Assembly (NCBI GenBank): GCA_025355855.1
Contig: JANXYU010000019.1
Coordinates: 525 to 64,524 of the forward strand
DNA from: Actinomycetota bacterium
GTDB lineage: Bacteria > Actinomycetota > JAHEXW01
Length of the DNA: 64,000 bases
Reading direction: 5' to 3'
Position 1 is the first letter of the stretch; every line of letters starts with the position of its first letter. The notes under the pieces were generated by a model, which was not told the DNA's origin, made no database searches, and saw nothing but the letters and a program-made list of their open reading frames with translations. This document shows, in pieces, positions 39,366 through 49,572 of the stretch. The translations under genes and the position numbers were made by a program.

Positions 39366-41227
39366 TAGAGCGCCGCCCGCCTCGTAAGCTGACATTTAGT
39401 AAACTAACCGGTGGACTAGTATTGTTGATCATCTCATCCTTCGCATTGTCCGTCCACGGCCTTACGGCTTTCGCGTTTGCCGATTACGCCAACACCTACA
39501 AAAAGATTCACTACGGCGTAAGTGTTTATGGCCAGGACCTAACCGGCCTATCTGCTCATGATGCTCAGGCTCAACTTGAGCCCAAGGTAACTGCTGCGGT
39601 TAAGAAGAATCTGACAATCAAAGACAAAGGCCGGCAGTGGCCGGTCGAACCCGTTTTCGCCAAACCCAAACCCGACACGGCGGCTGGCGTCGCGCTGGCG
39701 TATCACGCCGGCCGAGCAGGCGGTATTTTAACACAGCTTAAAGATCGCGCTTGGCTATACGTCAAACCGATAGACCTGACCATTCCAACAGCCATGGTCG
39801 ACGGCTACGCGATCATAACCGCTGGCAAGGTCGCCTCTGTTATAGACAAACCGGCGGCGGACGCGACCGTTGAAATAAAAGGGCAGACCGCGACGGTTCG
39901 GCGCGCCAAGAATGGCTGGGAGGTTAAACAAGGGGCGCTCGCGGAGCGCATCAAAACACGCTTAGCTGATTTCTCGACCCGGACGATTAGCGTGCCGCAG
40001 GGTGTAGCCCTGGTGAAGGTGCATGATGACGACGCCGACGCGGCACGCGCGGTGGCTCTGAAAATGATGCGTGCCCCGATTGATTACACGATAAACAACA
40101 AAAGTTACACGATAGAAAAGGACAAGATAGGCGCTTTGATCGGCTTCAAGCCTGAGGTAAAGAAGAAGCGGCAAGGCGGTCGGGCGGTAGCTGACACGGT
40201 TCTGACCGCTGTGATAGACCGGGCCAAACTAGAAAAGTATTTTGCGCCTCTGCGTGACGAGTTCGAGATAAAACCGGTCAACGCGCGATTCGAGGCCGCT
40301 GAGGGCAGCGTGACAATAGTGCCAGGCGTAAACGGCCTGGTGATCGATCTCGACGCAGCGGTGGCCGATCTACGCAAAGTTGCCCTGGCGTCCGCCCCGC
40401 GCCATGCCGACCTGAAAATGAAACCGGTCGAGCCGGAGATCTCAACTGCCAAAGCCGAGGGCATGGGAATCAAGGAACGAGTCAGCGTGCACACAGAGTA
40501 TTTTGATTACACCGCCAACCGATCGACGAATATCGGCAAGCTGGCCGACGCTCTTAACGATACTCTGGTGGCGCCGGGAGAAACCTGGTCTATCAACGCG
40601 GCTACCGGACCGCGTACGGCCGCGATGGGCTATACGGAGGCGCCGGTCATCGTCAACGGCCAGCTATCGCCGGACATCGGCGGGGGCATCTGCAACGTCT
40701 CAACCACCTTTTTCAACACCGCGTTTTTCGGCGGTTATGAGATCGTCGAGAGATATCCGCACGACTTCTATATCAGCCATTATCCAGACGGCCGTGACGC
40801 CAGTATTTACTACGACGGCGGCATGGATTTCAAATTCAAGAACGATACGGCTTATTACATTTTGATTAAGACGGATCACAGCGATTCTTCCGTAACCATA
40901 GCCTTCTACAGTACGAAGACCGATGTCGAGGTTTCTTATACGGATACCGGCTTTACAAACATCGTGCCTTACGGGATGGTTTACAAAGACGAACCGACGA
41001 TTCCGACGGGCTACGAAGCAGACGCTGACATGGGTTATGGCGTCGATGGACGGGACATCACGGTCTCACGCACCGTAAAAAAGGGTGGGCAAGTGACGCG
41101 CCAAGACAAATTCGCCAGTCACTACGAACCCAAACAACGGCTGATTCTAAAAGGAACAGGCCCGGCACTAGCGCCTGGAACGCCTCCGCCACCCGGGGTG
41201 CGGCCGTTCGGACAGACGCCTCAATAG
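39362..41227 (+). CDS. VanW family protein with peptidoglycan-binding and G5-like regions
   Basis: N-terminal TM; R.TNI, PGETWS.N, GGGICNVSTT, ERYPH, GRDA, DFKFKN. Confidence 0.88.
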   Translation: MIERRPPRKLTFSKLTGGLVLLIISSFALSVHGLTAFAFADYANTYKKIHYGVSVYGQDLTGLSAHDAQAQLEPKVTAAVKKNLTIKDKGRQWPVEPVFAKPKPDTAAGVALAYHAGRAGGILTQLKDRAWLYVKPIDLTIPTAMVDGYAIITAGKVASVIDKPAADATVEIKGQTATVRRAKNGWEVKQGALAERIKTRLADFSTRTISVPQGVALVKVHDDDADAARAVALKMMRAPIDYTINNKSYTIEKDKIGALIGFKPEVKKKRQGGRAVADTVLTAVIDRAKLEKYFAPLRDEFEIKPVNARFEAAEGSVTIVPGVNGLVIDLDAAVADLRKVALASAPRHADLKMKPVEPEISTAKAEGMGIKERVSVHTEYFDYTANRSTNIGKLADALNDTLVAPGETWSINAATGPRTAAMGYTEAPVIVNGQLSPDIGGGICNVSTTFFNTAFFGGYEIVERYPHDFYISHYPDGRDASIYYDGGMDFKFKNDTAYYILIKTDHSDSSVTIAFYSTKTDVEVSYTDTGFTNIVPYGMVYKDEPTIPTGYEADADMGYGVDGRDITVSRTVKKGGQVTRQDKFASHYEPKQRLILKGTGPALAPGTPPPPGVRPFGQTPQ

Positions 41228-41245
41228 AAAAGGAAGGACAAGCCA

Positions 41246-42418
41246 GTGATTGAAGAGTCAGCGCGCTTAATGCCGATTACCAGCGGCATCTTCTCGACCA
41301 TTTCGGCGGCCATTGGCGAGACAGAGGCCGGGGGCCGTGACGTCATTAATTTGGGGATCGGCAGCCCTGACTTGCCGCCCGCCCCGCATGTCGTGGAGCG
41401 TCTGCGGGAAGAGCTGTACGTTCGAGAGAATTACGATTACGGTTCGTCACAAGGCCTGCCTGAGTTACGCGGCGCCGTAGCCGCCTGGTACGCTCGCCGG
41501 TTCGGGGTCGACCTGGATCCCGCGCTTGAGACGCTCGTTCTGATGGGCTCCCATGACGGTTTAGCGCATGTGCCGTTAGCGTTTCTCAATCCTGGCGACG
41601 TCGCCTTGATACCCAGCCCCCATTACCCGGTTTATAAGGTTGGCGCCCAACTGGCGCAGGCCGAGATCGTCGACATGCCGCTGACAGCTGCCAATGACTG
41701 GCTCCCGGACCTCGATGCTATTCGCGCCGACGTCAAGGCCAGAGCCAAGCTTATGCTGCTTAATTATCCCAATAATCCGGTGGCGGCCATCGCTGACCTG
41801 GCCTTTATGGAACGAGCGGTTGCGTTCGCCCGTGAAAACAATATTCTGCTGGTACATGACGCGGCCTATTCGGAACTTGCGCTGGCCGACGACGTTCCGC
41901 CCAGCATTCTACAGGTACCGGGGGCCAAAGAAGTGGCAATCGAGTTTCATTCCGTCTCCAAAACATATAACATCGCGGGTTGCCGGCTTGGCTTTGTCGT
42001 CGGCAACGCTTTGGCAATCGGCGTACTAGCCAAGCTAAAAAGCAACCTTGACTATGGCGTTTTCAAAGCGATTCAACAGGCCGGCGTGGCCGCATTGTTG
42101 GGCCCGCAAGAGATAGTGGCTTCGAATCGAAGAACCTATAAGAAACGCATGAACGTCTTCCGCGAGGGCGCGGCGCGAGCCGGTTGGCACATTCCACAAT
42201 CTCCGGCTACGATGTTTTTGTGGGCTCCGATTCCGGACAACATTTTGGCCGTCGATTTTGCCTTGACGCTGATCCGCAAGGCGGGAGTGGCGGTCATCCC
42301 GGGCACAGCGTTTGGAAAACACGGGGAAGGATACGTGCGTATCGCCATGGTTACGTCAGAAGACAGATTACGCGAGGCGGCCAGGCGTTTGTCAGACGCC
42401 GGCCTGCGATTTAGCTAA
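41246..42418 (+). CDS. Class I/II PLP aminotransferase (LL-diaminopimelate aminotransferase-like)
   Basis: NLGIGSPD, NYPNNP, HDAAY, SVSKTYNIAG.RLG, GEGYVR. Confidence 0.88.
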   Translation: MIEESARLMPITSGIFSTISAAIGETEAGGRDVINLGIGSPDLPPAPHVVERLREELYVRENYDYGSSQGLPELRGAVAAWYARRFGVDLDPALETLVLMGSHDGLAHVPLAFLNPGDVALIPSPHYPVYKVGAQLAQAEIVDMPLTAANDWLPDLDAIRADVKARAKLMLLNYPNNPVAAIADLAFMERAVAFARENNILLVHDAAYSELALADDVPPSILQVPGAKEVAIEFHSVSKTYNIAGCRLGFVVGNALAIGVLAKLKSNLDYGVFKAIQQAGVAALLGPQEIVASNRRTYKKRMNVFREGAARAGWHIPQSPATMFLWAPIPDNILAVDFALTLIRKAGVAVIPGTAFGKHGEGYVRIAMVTSEDRLREAARRLSDAGLRFS

Positions 42419-42426
42419 GGACGGAT

Positions 42427-42822
42427 ATGCCGCTGACCATTGGAATCAAAGGGTTGAACAGTGAGGTCAAGACAAGCGCTGCCGAAGCGTTGATTGCCGC
42501 ATTGACGGCGCGCGGCCATAACGTCGGGGCGATCAAGAGCCATACGCACGGCGGATTTGATTTTGATAGACCGGGCAAGGCCAGTTACCGGCATCGGACG
42601 GCGGGCGCGGTAGAGACAGTCATGTCTAGCCCCGAGGTCCTGGCTGACGTGCGCTATCGGGCGGCGACCCCGAGTTTGGTTGAGGCCTTATCCAGGTTCA
42701 GCCCCGCTGTCGATGTCATCGTCTGCGACGGTTTTGCCGACCAGGCGGATATGACCGAGACGGCGCCATTTACCAACCTGGGCGAAATCGTTGACCGGGC
42801 AGAACATGCCTTGACTAGATAG
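42427..42822 (+). CDS. mobB: MobB-like protein, short and degenerate
   Basis: VGAIK.H.HG.FDFDRPGK.SYRH..AGA; DVIVCDGF; Walker A degenerate. Confidence 0.7.
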   Translation: MPLTIGIKGLNSEVKTSAAEALIAALTARGHNVGAIKSHTHGGFDFDRPGKASYRHRTAGAVETVMSSPEVLADVRYRAATPSLVEALSRFSPAVDVIVCDGFADQADMTETAPFTNLGEIVDRAEHALTR

Positions 42823-42838
42823 AAAAAGGAGCGAGCCC

Positions 42839-43270
42839 GTGGCATTCGCAAGCGGCGCGGCGGACATAGAATTTGCTACCGGCGGCAATGATGAGGTTGT
42901 TGACATTACGGCGCGAGTCGCGCGCGCCGTGTCTGAGTTCGGCCTGGCTGAAGGGATTGCGACGGTGTTTGTCATCGGCTCGACAGCCTCGGTAACAACC
43001 CTGGAATTTGAACCTGGGCTGGAAACTGACATAAAGGAATGGTTGCGCGGCCTGGCGCCCGCGGGCGGCTGGCAACACGACGCGGCCTGGAGCGAAGCCA
43101 ACGGCCAAAGCCATTTGCGCGCCAGTATTATCGGTCCCTCATTAACGGTTCCGGTTGGCGCAGGACTGCCGATTCTTGGAACGTGGCAGCAGATCGTTGT
43201 CATCGACCACGACGTTAAGCCGCGCCGCCGGCGTGTCGTCGTGCAGATGATCGGGGAGATGGCCAAATGA
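42839..43270 (+). CDS. yjbQ: YjbQ/UPF0047 family protein
   Basis: GSTA.VTT.EFEPGL..D, NG.SHLRAS..GPS, LGTWQQI. Confidence 0.92.
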   Translation: MAFASGAADIEFATGGNDEVVDITARVARAVSEFGLAEGIATVFVIGSTASVTTLEFEPGLETDIKEWLRGLAPAGGWQHDAAWSEANGQSHLRASIIGPSLTVPVGAGLPILGTWQQIVVIDHDVKPRRRRVVVQMIGEMAK

Positions 43271-43806
43271 TCTTTAACTCTGGCTATACCGAGATCGAGG
43301 TCAAGAAAGGCGACCTGACCCGGGAATCGGCTGACGCGATCGTCAATGCGGCAAATGCCACGCTGGTCATGGGAGGCGGGGTGGCGGCGGCTATCCGCGA
43401 ATTGGGAGGCAGACGCATCCAAGAAGAAGCAGCCGAGAAAGGCCCGATCGAGATAGGCGGAGCGGTTGAAACGAACGCGGGCAACCTGTACGCTCGCTAC
43501 GTCATTCACGGCGCCGTCATGGGCCCGGATTTTCGCACCGATGCTCGCCGCATCAGACAGACGATGGAAAGCGTTTTCGACCTGGCCGACTCTCTGGCGA
43601 TCGAAACAATCGCATTTCCGGCCTTCGGAACCGGCGTGGGACGTTTTCCGCCCGCCGACGCGGCCCGAGTCATGCTGTCCGTTTTGCAGGAGCGGATAGA
43701 GTCGGGCTGCGGCTTGCATAAGGTGATTTTTGTTTTGTGGACCGACGAGATTCTTGATATATTTTTAGACCAGGCCCGACAACTATTCGGAGAACCGGTT
43801 TCTTAA
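43267..43806 (+). CDS. Macro domain protein
   Basis: GDLT…DAIVNAAN..L.MGGGVA.AI, AFPAFGTGVG. Confidence 0.93.
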   Translation: MIFNSGYTEIEVKKGDLTRESADAIVNAANATLVMGGGVAAAIRELGGRRIQEEAAEKGPIEIGGAVETNAGNLYARYVIHGAVMGPDFRTDARRIRQTMESVFDLADSLAIETIAFPAFGTGVGRFPPADAARVMLSVLQERIESGCGLHKVIFVLWTDEILDIFLDQARQLFGEPVS

Positions 43807-43835
43807 AGAACCGCACATCACGAGGGAAGACGACA

Positions 43836-44320
43836 ATAAAACGCACAGGCCAACTTACCGCAGTCCTAATTCTGACCTTTCTTTTGTTTGCGGTCGCGGG
43901 TTGCGGGCAAATGGACAAACAAGAACTCGCCTATCGTAATGCCTATAAATCGGTGTGGGAAAAAATGTGGCCACGGTGACCGCCGCCCAGAAAAAAGCGG
44001 ACGCCGCCTACGCAGCGGGAAATATCGACGCGGTTGTTGCCGCCTATAAGAGCCTGACAGCTGCCTATACGGCCGGCAAAAAAGATCTTGCCAAGCACGA
44101 ACCGTTGCCTGCCTATAAAAAACTGCAAACGGCAACAGGTGATTATTTTACGGCTGGCGAAGTCTATTACGGCAAACTGTTATCCTTGGTGGAGGCGACG
44201 GGCGGCAACTACAGCGATACTCAGACCGCGGCGCTAAAGGCCAGCGAACAGCGACTCTCTTCAGCGACGGTTAAGGTTGAATCGGAACTGAAGAGAATGC
44301 GCTTCACCCTCCAGAAATAG
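43836..44320 (+). pseudogene. Frameshifted lipoprotein gene
   Basis: ATA-initiated signal peptide KRTGQLTAVLILTFLLFAVAGC (lipobox) stops at TGA 43977-43979; continues in the -1 frame (ORF 43955..44320) across A6 run 43960-43965. Confidence 0.7.
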
Positions 44321-44426
44321 ACTAGGCATTCCGAGTGTCTTAACTAGGTCATCCCCTCGGTTACAGCCAACCTTCTGCCCGCTAATATTGTTTTAGAAGA
44401 CGCGGAAAACGGGTTCTGGAGGAAGA

Positions 44427-44954
44427 ATGGACGAGACAATGACATTGGCTGGCGCCGGTACGTTGGTACTGCAATGGGAGCTGACCATCTCTAGGATTAT
44501 TGACGCCCCGCGAGAAGTTGTCTTTAAGGCCTGGACCGATCCTGAGATGCTCAAGAAGTGGTGGGGACCGAAAGAGTTTACGGTGCCTTTCGCGACGATT
44601 GACCCGCACGTGGGCGGGAAGTACCTGTTCGACATGCGAGGGCCTGACGGCCGGGATTATTGGAGCACGGGCGTTTACCAGGAAATCACGTTCCCCGAAA
44701 AAATCGTGGCCAGTGATAGCTTCGCCGACGCCGACGGAAATGTTATGCCGGCCTCTGCCTACGGCTTGAGCGCTGACTATCCACGTTACCTTATGTTGAC
44801 GGTTACATTTGACGAGATTGGCGGCGCGACCATGCTGACAATCAAGCATTCCGGCACCCCGGCGGCTGATAATGACAACGAGCGGCCGGCCTGGAATCAG
44901 TCTTTGGATAAGCTCGAGGAACTACTTGAGAACCAGCTGGCCGGCCGAGAATAG
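44427..44954 (+). CDS. SRPBCC/AHSA1 domain protein
   Basis: ISRIIDAPREVVFKAWTDPE..KKWWGP, D..VGG.Y, WNQSLDKL. Confidence 0.92.
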   Translation: MDETMTLAGAGTLVLQWELTISRIIDAPREVVFKAWTDPEMLKKWWGPKEFTVPFATIDPHVGGKYLFDMRGPDGRDYWSTGVYQEITFPEKIVASDSFADADGNVMPASAYGLSADYPRYLMLTVTFDEIGGATMLTIKHSGTPAADNDNERPAWNQSLDKLEELLENQLAGRE

Positions 44955-45076
44955 CTAAATCAATCCAGGCGGGATTCTTCGAGGACGTCGTTGAGCAAAG
45001 CAGTCTGGCCTGATATCACTTCCACGGCTTGCGCAGCTCTGGCAACCAAATAGCATTAATCTTTCGCCACCTAACT

Positions 45077-45120
45077 AAACAGGCTGCGGGCGGTTAGAAA
45101 GCGCTCGCAGCCTGTTTTTT
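45077..45120 (+). terminator. Rho-independent terminator
   Basis: Stem CAGGCTGCGGGCG / CGCTCGCAGCCTG followed by T6. Confidence 0.8.
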
Positions 45121-45210
45121 ATAGCCTGACCGTTGATCTGGCCGGCGAATACTAAACCTAGGCCAATACCTGGGTGCAAGTATTGCCCAGCTTAAGTTAC
45201 GGTTTGTGGT

Positions 45211-46737
45211 ATGGAAAAGCAGCTCGGCACGGGTATAAAACCCGGACATCAGAACTCATATTGGCTTGCCAGCACGCCGCGCAGTGACTATGCCGCCTTG
45301 TCAGGCGACGTTAAAGTCGACGTCGTGGTTGTCGGCGGCGGCATAACCGGACTGTTGATCGCTGACCGGCTCAAGACAGCCGGAAAAACGGTCGCGGTTT
45401 TAGAAAGGCGTCGTATCGCGGAGAGCGTGACCGGGCATACGACAGCCAAGATAACGTCATTGCACGGAATGGAGCTGGAGACACTCGCTCGGCATTTTCA
45501 TATTGATGAAGTGCACCAGCACGCCATGCTTAACCAAGCCGCGGTCGAGGAATTCGCGAAGTTGGTTAAAAGCCGGTCAATTGATTGCGATTTCCAGCGG
45601 ACCGACGCCTACATTTATACCGAAGATGACAAAACCCTAGGCGACATGGAACGTGAAGCGGACATGGCTGGCGAACTGGGCTTGCCAGTTGACTTTGTCC
45701 ACAAGACTCCGTTGGGGTTTGCTGTAGACGGCGCGGTGCGAGCCAAAGCGCAAGCCCAATTTCATCCGCGGAAGTTTCTATTGGCATTGGCCGAATCGAT
45801 CAATGGCGGGGGCAGCAAGATATACGAGAACTCTTCAGCCATCAGGATCGACGACCGAACTGCCACGGTATCAACGGCCGCCGGGACTGTGCAAGGCGCC
45901 GCCGTTGTGATAGCGACCCACTACCCGATGCGGGACAAAGGTCTGTTCATCTCGAAACTATATCCCTTTATGGCGCATGCGGTTGGTTTACGCGCTGGCG
46001 ACGATATATTACCGGGCATCTATTACACGGAAGATGAGGGGCAAAGGTCGATAAGAACTCAGGCCACAGAACACGGGCCTTTGCTGATCGTCGGCGGCGG
46101 TCATCACCGCAGCGGTCAAATGCCGGATGAACTGGCCGACATTCGCGCGATTGAATCTTACGCGCGGGCGCGATTCGCGGCAGCCAAAACAAAATATTTC
46201 TGGTCAACGTTGGACTACTATACTGCAGACGGCTTCCCATATATCGGCCGGTCGCCGGGGGACGACAACACGTTTTTAGCAACCGGATTTGGCGGTTGGG
46301 GAATGACGCAGAGCATGGTCGCAGCAACTATGATAAGAGACTTGATTATAAACAAGTCACACCCGGCGGCTGATATGTACGCTCCGAACCGGCTGAAACC
46401 GACAGCGGCTATGGTCATGGGCGGTCTGAATGTTACCGAACAGTTTGTCGAAGGATTTGTCACAGAACATCGGCATCGGAGGCCCGCGGACTTGGCCAAG
46501 GGCGAAGCGGCCGTCTTCGAATCCGACGAAGCTCCAATGGCGGCTTTCAAAGATGACAAGGGCGATATTCACGCTGTCCGTCCCGCCTGTACGCATCTAA
46601 AATGTGTTGTCCATTGGAATAATGCCGAACTAACCTGGGATTGTCCTTGTCATGGGTCTCGTTTCACTGTGGACGGCGAAGTTATCCATACGCCCGCGCC
46701 CGGGCGGCTAAAAAAGATCTTTACGTCAGATAAATAG
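45211..46737 (+). CDS. FAD-dependent oxidoreductase with C-terminal Rieske [2Fe-2S] domain (YhfW-like)
   Basis: GGGITG, TGHTTAKIT, CTHLKC and WDCPCHGSRF. Confidence 0.93.
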   Translation: MEKQLGTGIKPGHQNSYWLASTPRSDYAALSGDVKVDVVVVGGGITGLLIADRLKTAGKTVAVLERRRIAESVTGHTTAKITSLHGMELETLARHFHIDEVHQHAMLNQAAVEEFAKLVKSRSIDCDFQRTDAYIYTEDDKTLGDMEREADMAGELGLPVDFVHKTPLGFAVDGAVRAKAQAQFHPRKFLLALAESINGGGSKIYENSSAIRIDDRTATVSTAAGTVQGAAVVIATHYPMRDKGLFISKLYPFMAHAVGLRAGDDILPGIYYTEDEGQRSIRTQATEHGPLLIVGGGHHRSGQMPDELADIRAIESYARARFAAAKTKYFWSTLDYYTADGFPYIGRSPGDDNTFLATGFGGWGMTQSMVAATMIRDLIINKSHPAADMYAPNRLKPTAAMVMGGLNVTEQFVEGFVTEHRHRRPADLAKGEAAVFESDEAPMAAFKDDKGDIHAVRPACTHLKCVVHWNNAELTWDCPCHGSRFTVDGEVIHTPAPGRLKKIFTSDK

Positions 46738-46764
46738 GCCCGCAAAGAAGAAAGGGCTTGATCA

Positions 46765-48009
46765 ATGGCAAGCAAAAAGAAGAATCGCTTCCAACGCTAC
46801 TTGATGACATTGAAGAACGGGGTAATATCGGGGGCAGCCGATAACGATCCGTCCGGCATTGTAACGTACACGCAAGCGGGCGCGCTGGCCGGGCTAACTC
46901 AGCTATGGTTGATTTTCATAATGACGCCCATGCTGATCGTCGTCCAGGACATGGCCGCCAGGTTGGGTGTTGTCGCCAAGAAGGGCCTCAACGTTATCAT
47001 TAAGGACCGCTTCAGCAAATACATCGCGTGGCCGGCACTGGTGATTTTAATTGTCTGTAATACAGCCACTATCGGCGCGGACATGGCAGCTATTGCCGCT
47101 ATCATCGAACAATTCACCGGCATCCATTTCTTGTGGTTCGTCGTGCCTATCGGAATCCTGTTTTATTACATGCTGGTCAAACAAAGCTACAAGATGACCT
47201 CTTTGTTGCTGTACATAGTCGCACCGGTGTTGCTGGTCTACGTCATAGTCGCTTTCATGTCCCATCCCGCCTGGCTATCGGTAATCAAAGCCACCTTCAC
47301 ACCAACGATCAAATTTGACGCCGCGTTTATTTCGTCCGCGGTTGGCTTGCTGGGTACAACTATCACGCCCTTTCTGATCTACTGGCAGGCCAGGGAGGAA
47401 ATTGAAGAGGAAAAACATGTTGCGCAAGAGGTCGAAGAGAGGACTGGCGTAAGGTTCGGCATGATATATTCCAACGTGGTAGCCTATTTCGTCGTTTTGA
47501 CCAGCGGTTTGGTATTGCATGGGCATATCCGGGGCAATATCAACACTTGGGGTCCGGCCGACGCGGCCGCGGCGCTAAAGCCATTAGTCGGTTCCGCTAG
47601 TTCAATTTTATTTGCTTTAGGGATTGTCGCGGCCGGTGTAATGGCGGTTCCAGTCTTGGCAATGGTCAATTCGTATACGGTGGAAGAAACAGTGCGGGGG
47701 AAAGAACAGGGGATGGAGCAGAAACCCAGCCGCGCAAAGCGATTCTACGGCGTTATTGCTTTATCCTTAGCGGCCGGCGCCACCCTCAGTCTATTCGGCG
47801 TCAAGCCCATGGCCATGCTCTACTATTCCCAGGTTCTGAATGGTTGCCTTATGCCGGTTCTGCTCCTGTTGCTGGTTATTGTTACGAGCGACAAAACATT
47901 TATGGGCGAGCATGCCAACGGTTGGCCGACGAAAATTATAGCCTGGCTGACCGTTGCGTTCATGACCGTTTTCGCCCTAACATTAATCTATAAGCTGATC
48001 TTCGGGTAA
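46765..48009 (+). CDS. Nramp-related divalent metal transporter
   Basis: AADNDPSGI.TY.QAGA, GTTITP; multiple TM helices. Confidence 0.88.
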   Translation: MASKKKNRFQRYLMTLKNGVISGAADNDPSGIVTYTQAGALAGLTQLWLIFIMTPMLIVVQDMAARLGVVAKKGLNVIIKDRFSKYIAWPALVILIVCNTATIGADMAAIAAIIEQFTGIHFLWFVVPIGILFYYMLVKQSYKMTSLLLYIVAPVLLVYVIVAFMSHPAWLSVIKATFTPTIKFDAAFISSAVGLLGTTITPFLIYWQAREEIEEEKHVAQEVEERTGVRFGMIYSNVVAYFVVLTSGLVLHGHIRGNINTWGPADAAAALKPLVGSASSILFALGIVAAGVMAVPVLAMVNSYTVEETVRGKEQGMEQKPSRAKRFYGVIALSLAAGATLSLFGVKPMAMLYYSQVLNGCLMPVLLLLLVIVTSDKTFMGEHANGWPTKIIAWLTVAFMTVFALTLIYKLIFG

Positions 48010-48036
48010 CCGGGAGAAAGGCAGAACGCTGCCCTG

Positions 48037-48261
48037 CTAATGTGGCTTGTGATTGCCCTGACCGTCGTAATCGCGGTGCTTAGTCCGCCCGTCCTGGTCG
48101 CGCACCCGCATGTGGTGACCAGGCTCATACTTGCTATTTTCCAAAGCCGTGGGACTGGCGATGTCGCTCTTGTCCTCGTTTGTAACTTTGGCTTTCTCTC
48201 TCTCTTCTTCAGTTTCAAACGATTTTCTTTTACGATCACTCAGAGTCTTTTTGCCGGTCAT
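48037..48261 (-). CDS. Small hydrophilic hypothetical protein
   Basis: SD AAAGGAGG before ATG 48261; charged 74-aa product. Confidence 0.65.
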   Translation of the reverse strand: MTGKKTLSDRKRKSFETEEEREKAKVTNEDKSDIASPTALENSKYEPGHHMRVRDQDGRTKHRDYDGQGNHKPH

Positions 48262-48334
48262 AATTCCTCCTTTAGATGTCTTCATTAACTTGTAACACGA
48301 GACATGACCGGAGGCCACTAGGTTAAGAACTAGG

Positions 48335-49570
48335 TTAATTTCTCTGCCAGATCTCTCTGAACCCGAGTCGGCGCCCGTACTCCAACGCTCCGTAGCGGAA
48401 GGAGCGAGCGGCGAACGGGATGGCCAGACTTATGCTGGCCAGTATGACCGCCAATGACCCAATAGCTTCAGCAGGTGAAAGAGCACCAACAGTATTGAGC
48501 AGGAGAGCCGTCGTAGGCGCCGTCAGCGGGAAATAGGTAAAAATGGTAACCATGGGCGCGTGCGGTGAGTTAATAATCAGAGGGACGATATATATCGGCA
48601 CATAAGCCCAGATCATAGCGATACCTAGAAATCGGCCCGCTTCGTTGGCGTTGGGGAACATGGCGCCCAAGCCCACAACAAGTGTCGTGAAAAATATGAA
48701 CCCTCCAATGAAGAAGGCCAGCGCCCACAAAAGCTTTTCAGGGTCGAGCGGTATCTGTGCCAAAGAAACGCCGCCGGGAAGAGTCAGGGTTTTCGGAAAC
48801 AACAAGAGGTATATGATTAGAGGTATAGCGATCACAGAGACCTGGATTAGGCCAAGCGAAATAATCGAAAGTATTTTTCCCCAGACCAACGTTCTGGCAC
48901 GCGCGCATGTAAGCAAAATCTCCGCGGTCCGGTTCTCTTTCTCTTCCGTCGTGCTAGAGATCATCGTGGCCGATAGCAGAATGACTATTGTCAGGAAAAA
49001 CACCATAAACGCTCCAGGCGCGACCATTTGGGCCAAAGCGTTGTATGAACGTCCGTCTCGATACGTCACAGCTGTTACGGCTGGTGGTTGCTGTAGGATT
49101 TGCAGTGCTTGCCGGTCAGAAATGTCGCGCGCGATGGTGGTTACAATGCTTTGACGCAGCAACTGCACTGCGGCCGAGTTGTATGACGGCGAGAAGGTAA
49201 TGCCCATATCGCGCGCGTATACCTTTACACCGCCGCGAACCAGGTCATGAGGATAATATAGAAACGCGTCAAGCCGACCGGACTTGACTGCCGCGATACC
49301 GGTCGCGATGTTTGGTTCCAAAGCGATCTTGCGGGATTGCAGTAGTCGTTTATTCAATAACCCGGAATCATCGAGAACGGCAATTTTGGCTATTCGGGCG
49401 TAAGCGGCGGCTTGCTCTTGTCCGGCGTTCTTGCCGCCTTGGTTAGATAGATAACTGATGCCGATAATGGTCAGCATAATCAAAGGCGGAGCAAAAGAGG
49501 TGAACCAAAACGCCTTTTTCTTGAGCGTACGGATCACATCGAACCGTACGACGTCGCGCACCCGCCCCAC
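48335..49570 (-). CDS. ABC-2 type exporter permease (NatB/YhaP-like)
   Basis: TM, extracellular loop, EEKENRT.EILL…GKIL, C-terminal TMs. Confidence 0.9.
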   Translation of the reverse strand: MGRVRDVVRFDVIRTLKKKAFWFTSFAPPLIMLTIIGISYLSNQGGKNAGQEQAAAYARIAKIAVLDDSGLLNKRLLQSRKIALEPNIATGIAAVKSGRLDAFLYYPHDLVRGGVKVYARDMGITFSPSYNSAAVQLLRQSIVTTIARDISDRQALQILQQPPAVTAVTYRDGRSYNALAQMVAPGAFMVFFLTIVILLSATMISSTTEEKENRTAEILLTCARARTLVWGKILSIISLGLIQVSVIAIPLIIYLLLFPKTLTLPGGVSLAQIPLDPEKLLWALAFFIGGFIFFTTLVVGLGAMFPNANEAGRFLGIAMIWAYVPIYIVPLIINSPHAPMVTIFTYFPLTAPTTALLLNTVGALSPAEAIGSLAVILASISLAIPFAARSFRYGALEYGRRLGFREIWQRN

Positions 49571-49572
49571 GT

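Noticed and set aside
42688-43719. 343-aa minus-strand ORF and many other antisense or alternate-frame ORFs in the track
   Set aside because: Shadows of well-supported genes in GC-rich DNA; no recognisable motifs
44985-45050. c-di-GMP-I riboswitch (GCAAAGC…GGCCTGA)
   Set aside because: No GGCAAA…GAAA P2 arm or matching P1
44335-48335. Loose inverted similarity (TCTTAAC.TAG…GGTCAT…GTTACA) at both ends of this block as terminal repeats
   Set aside because: Short, gapped match with no target duplication or transposase
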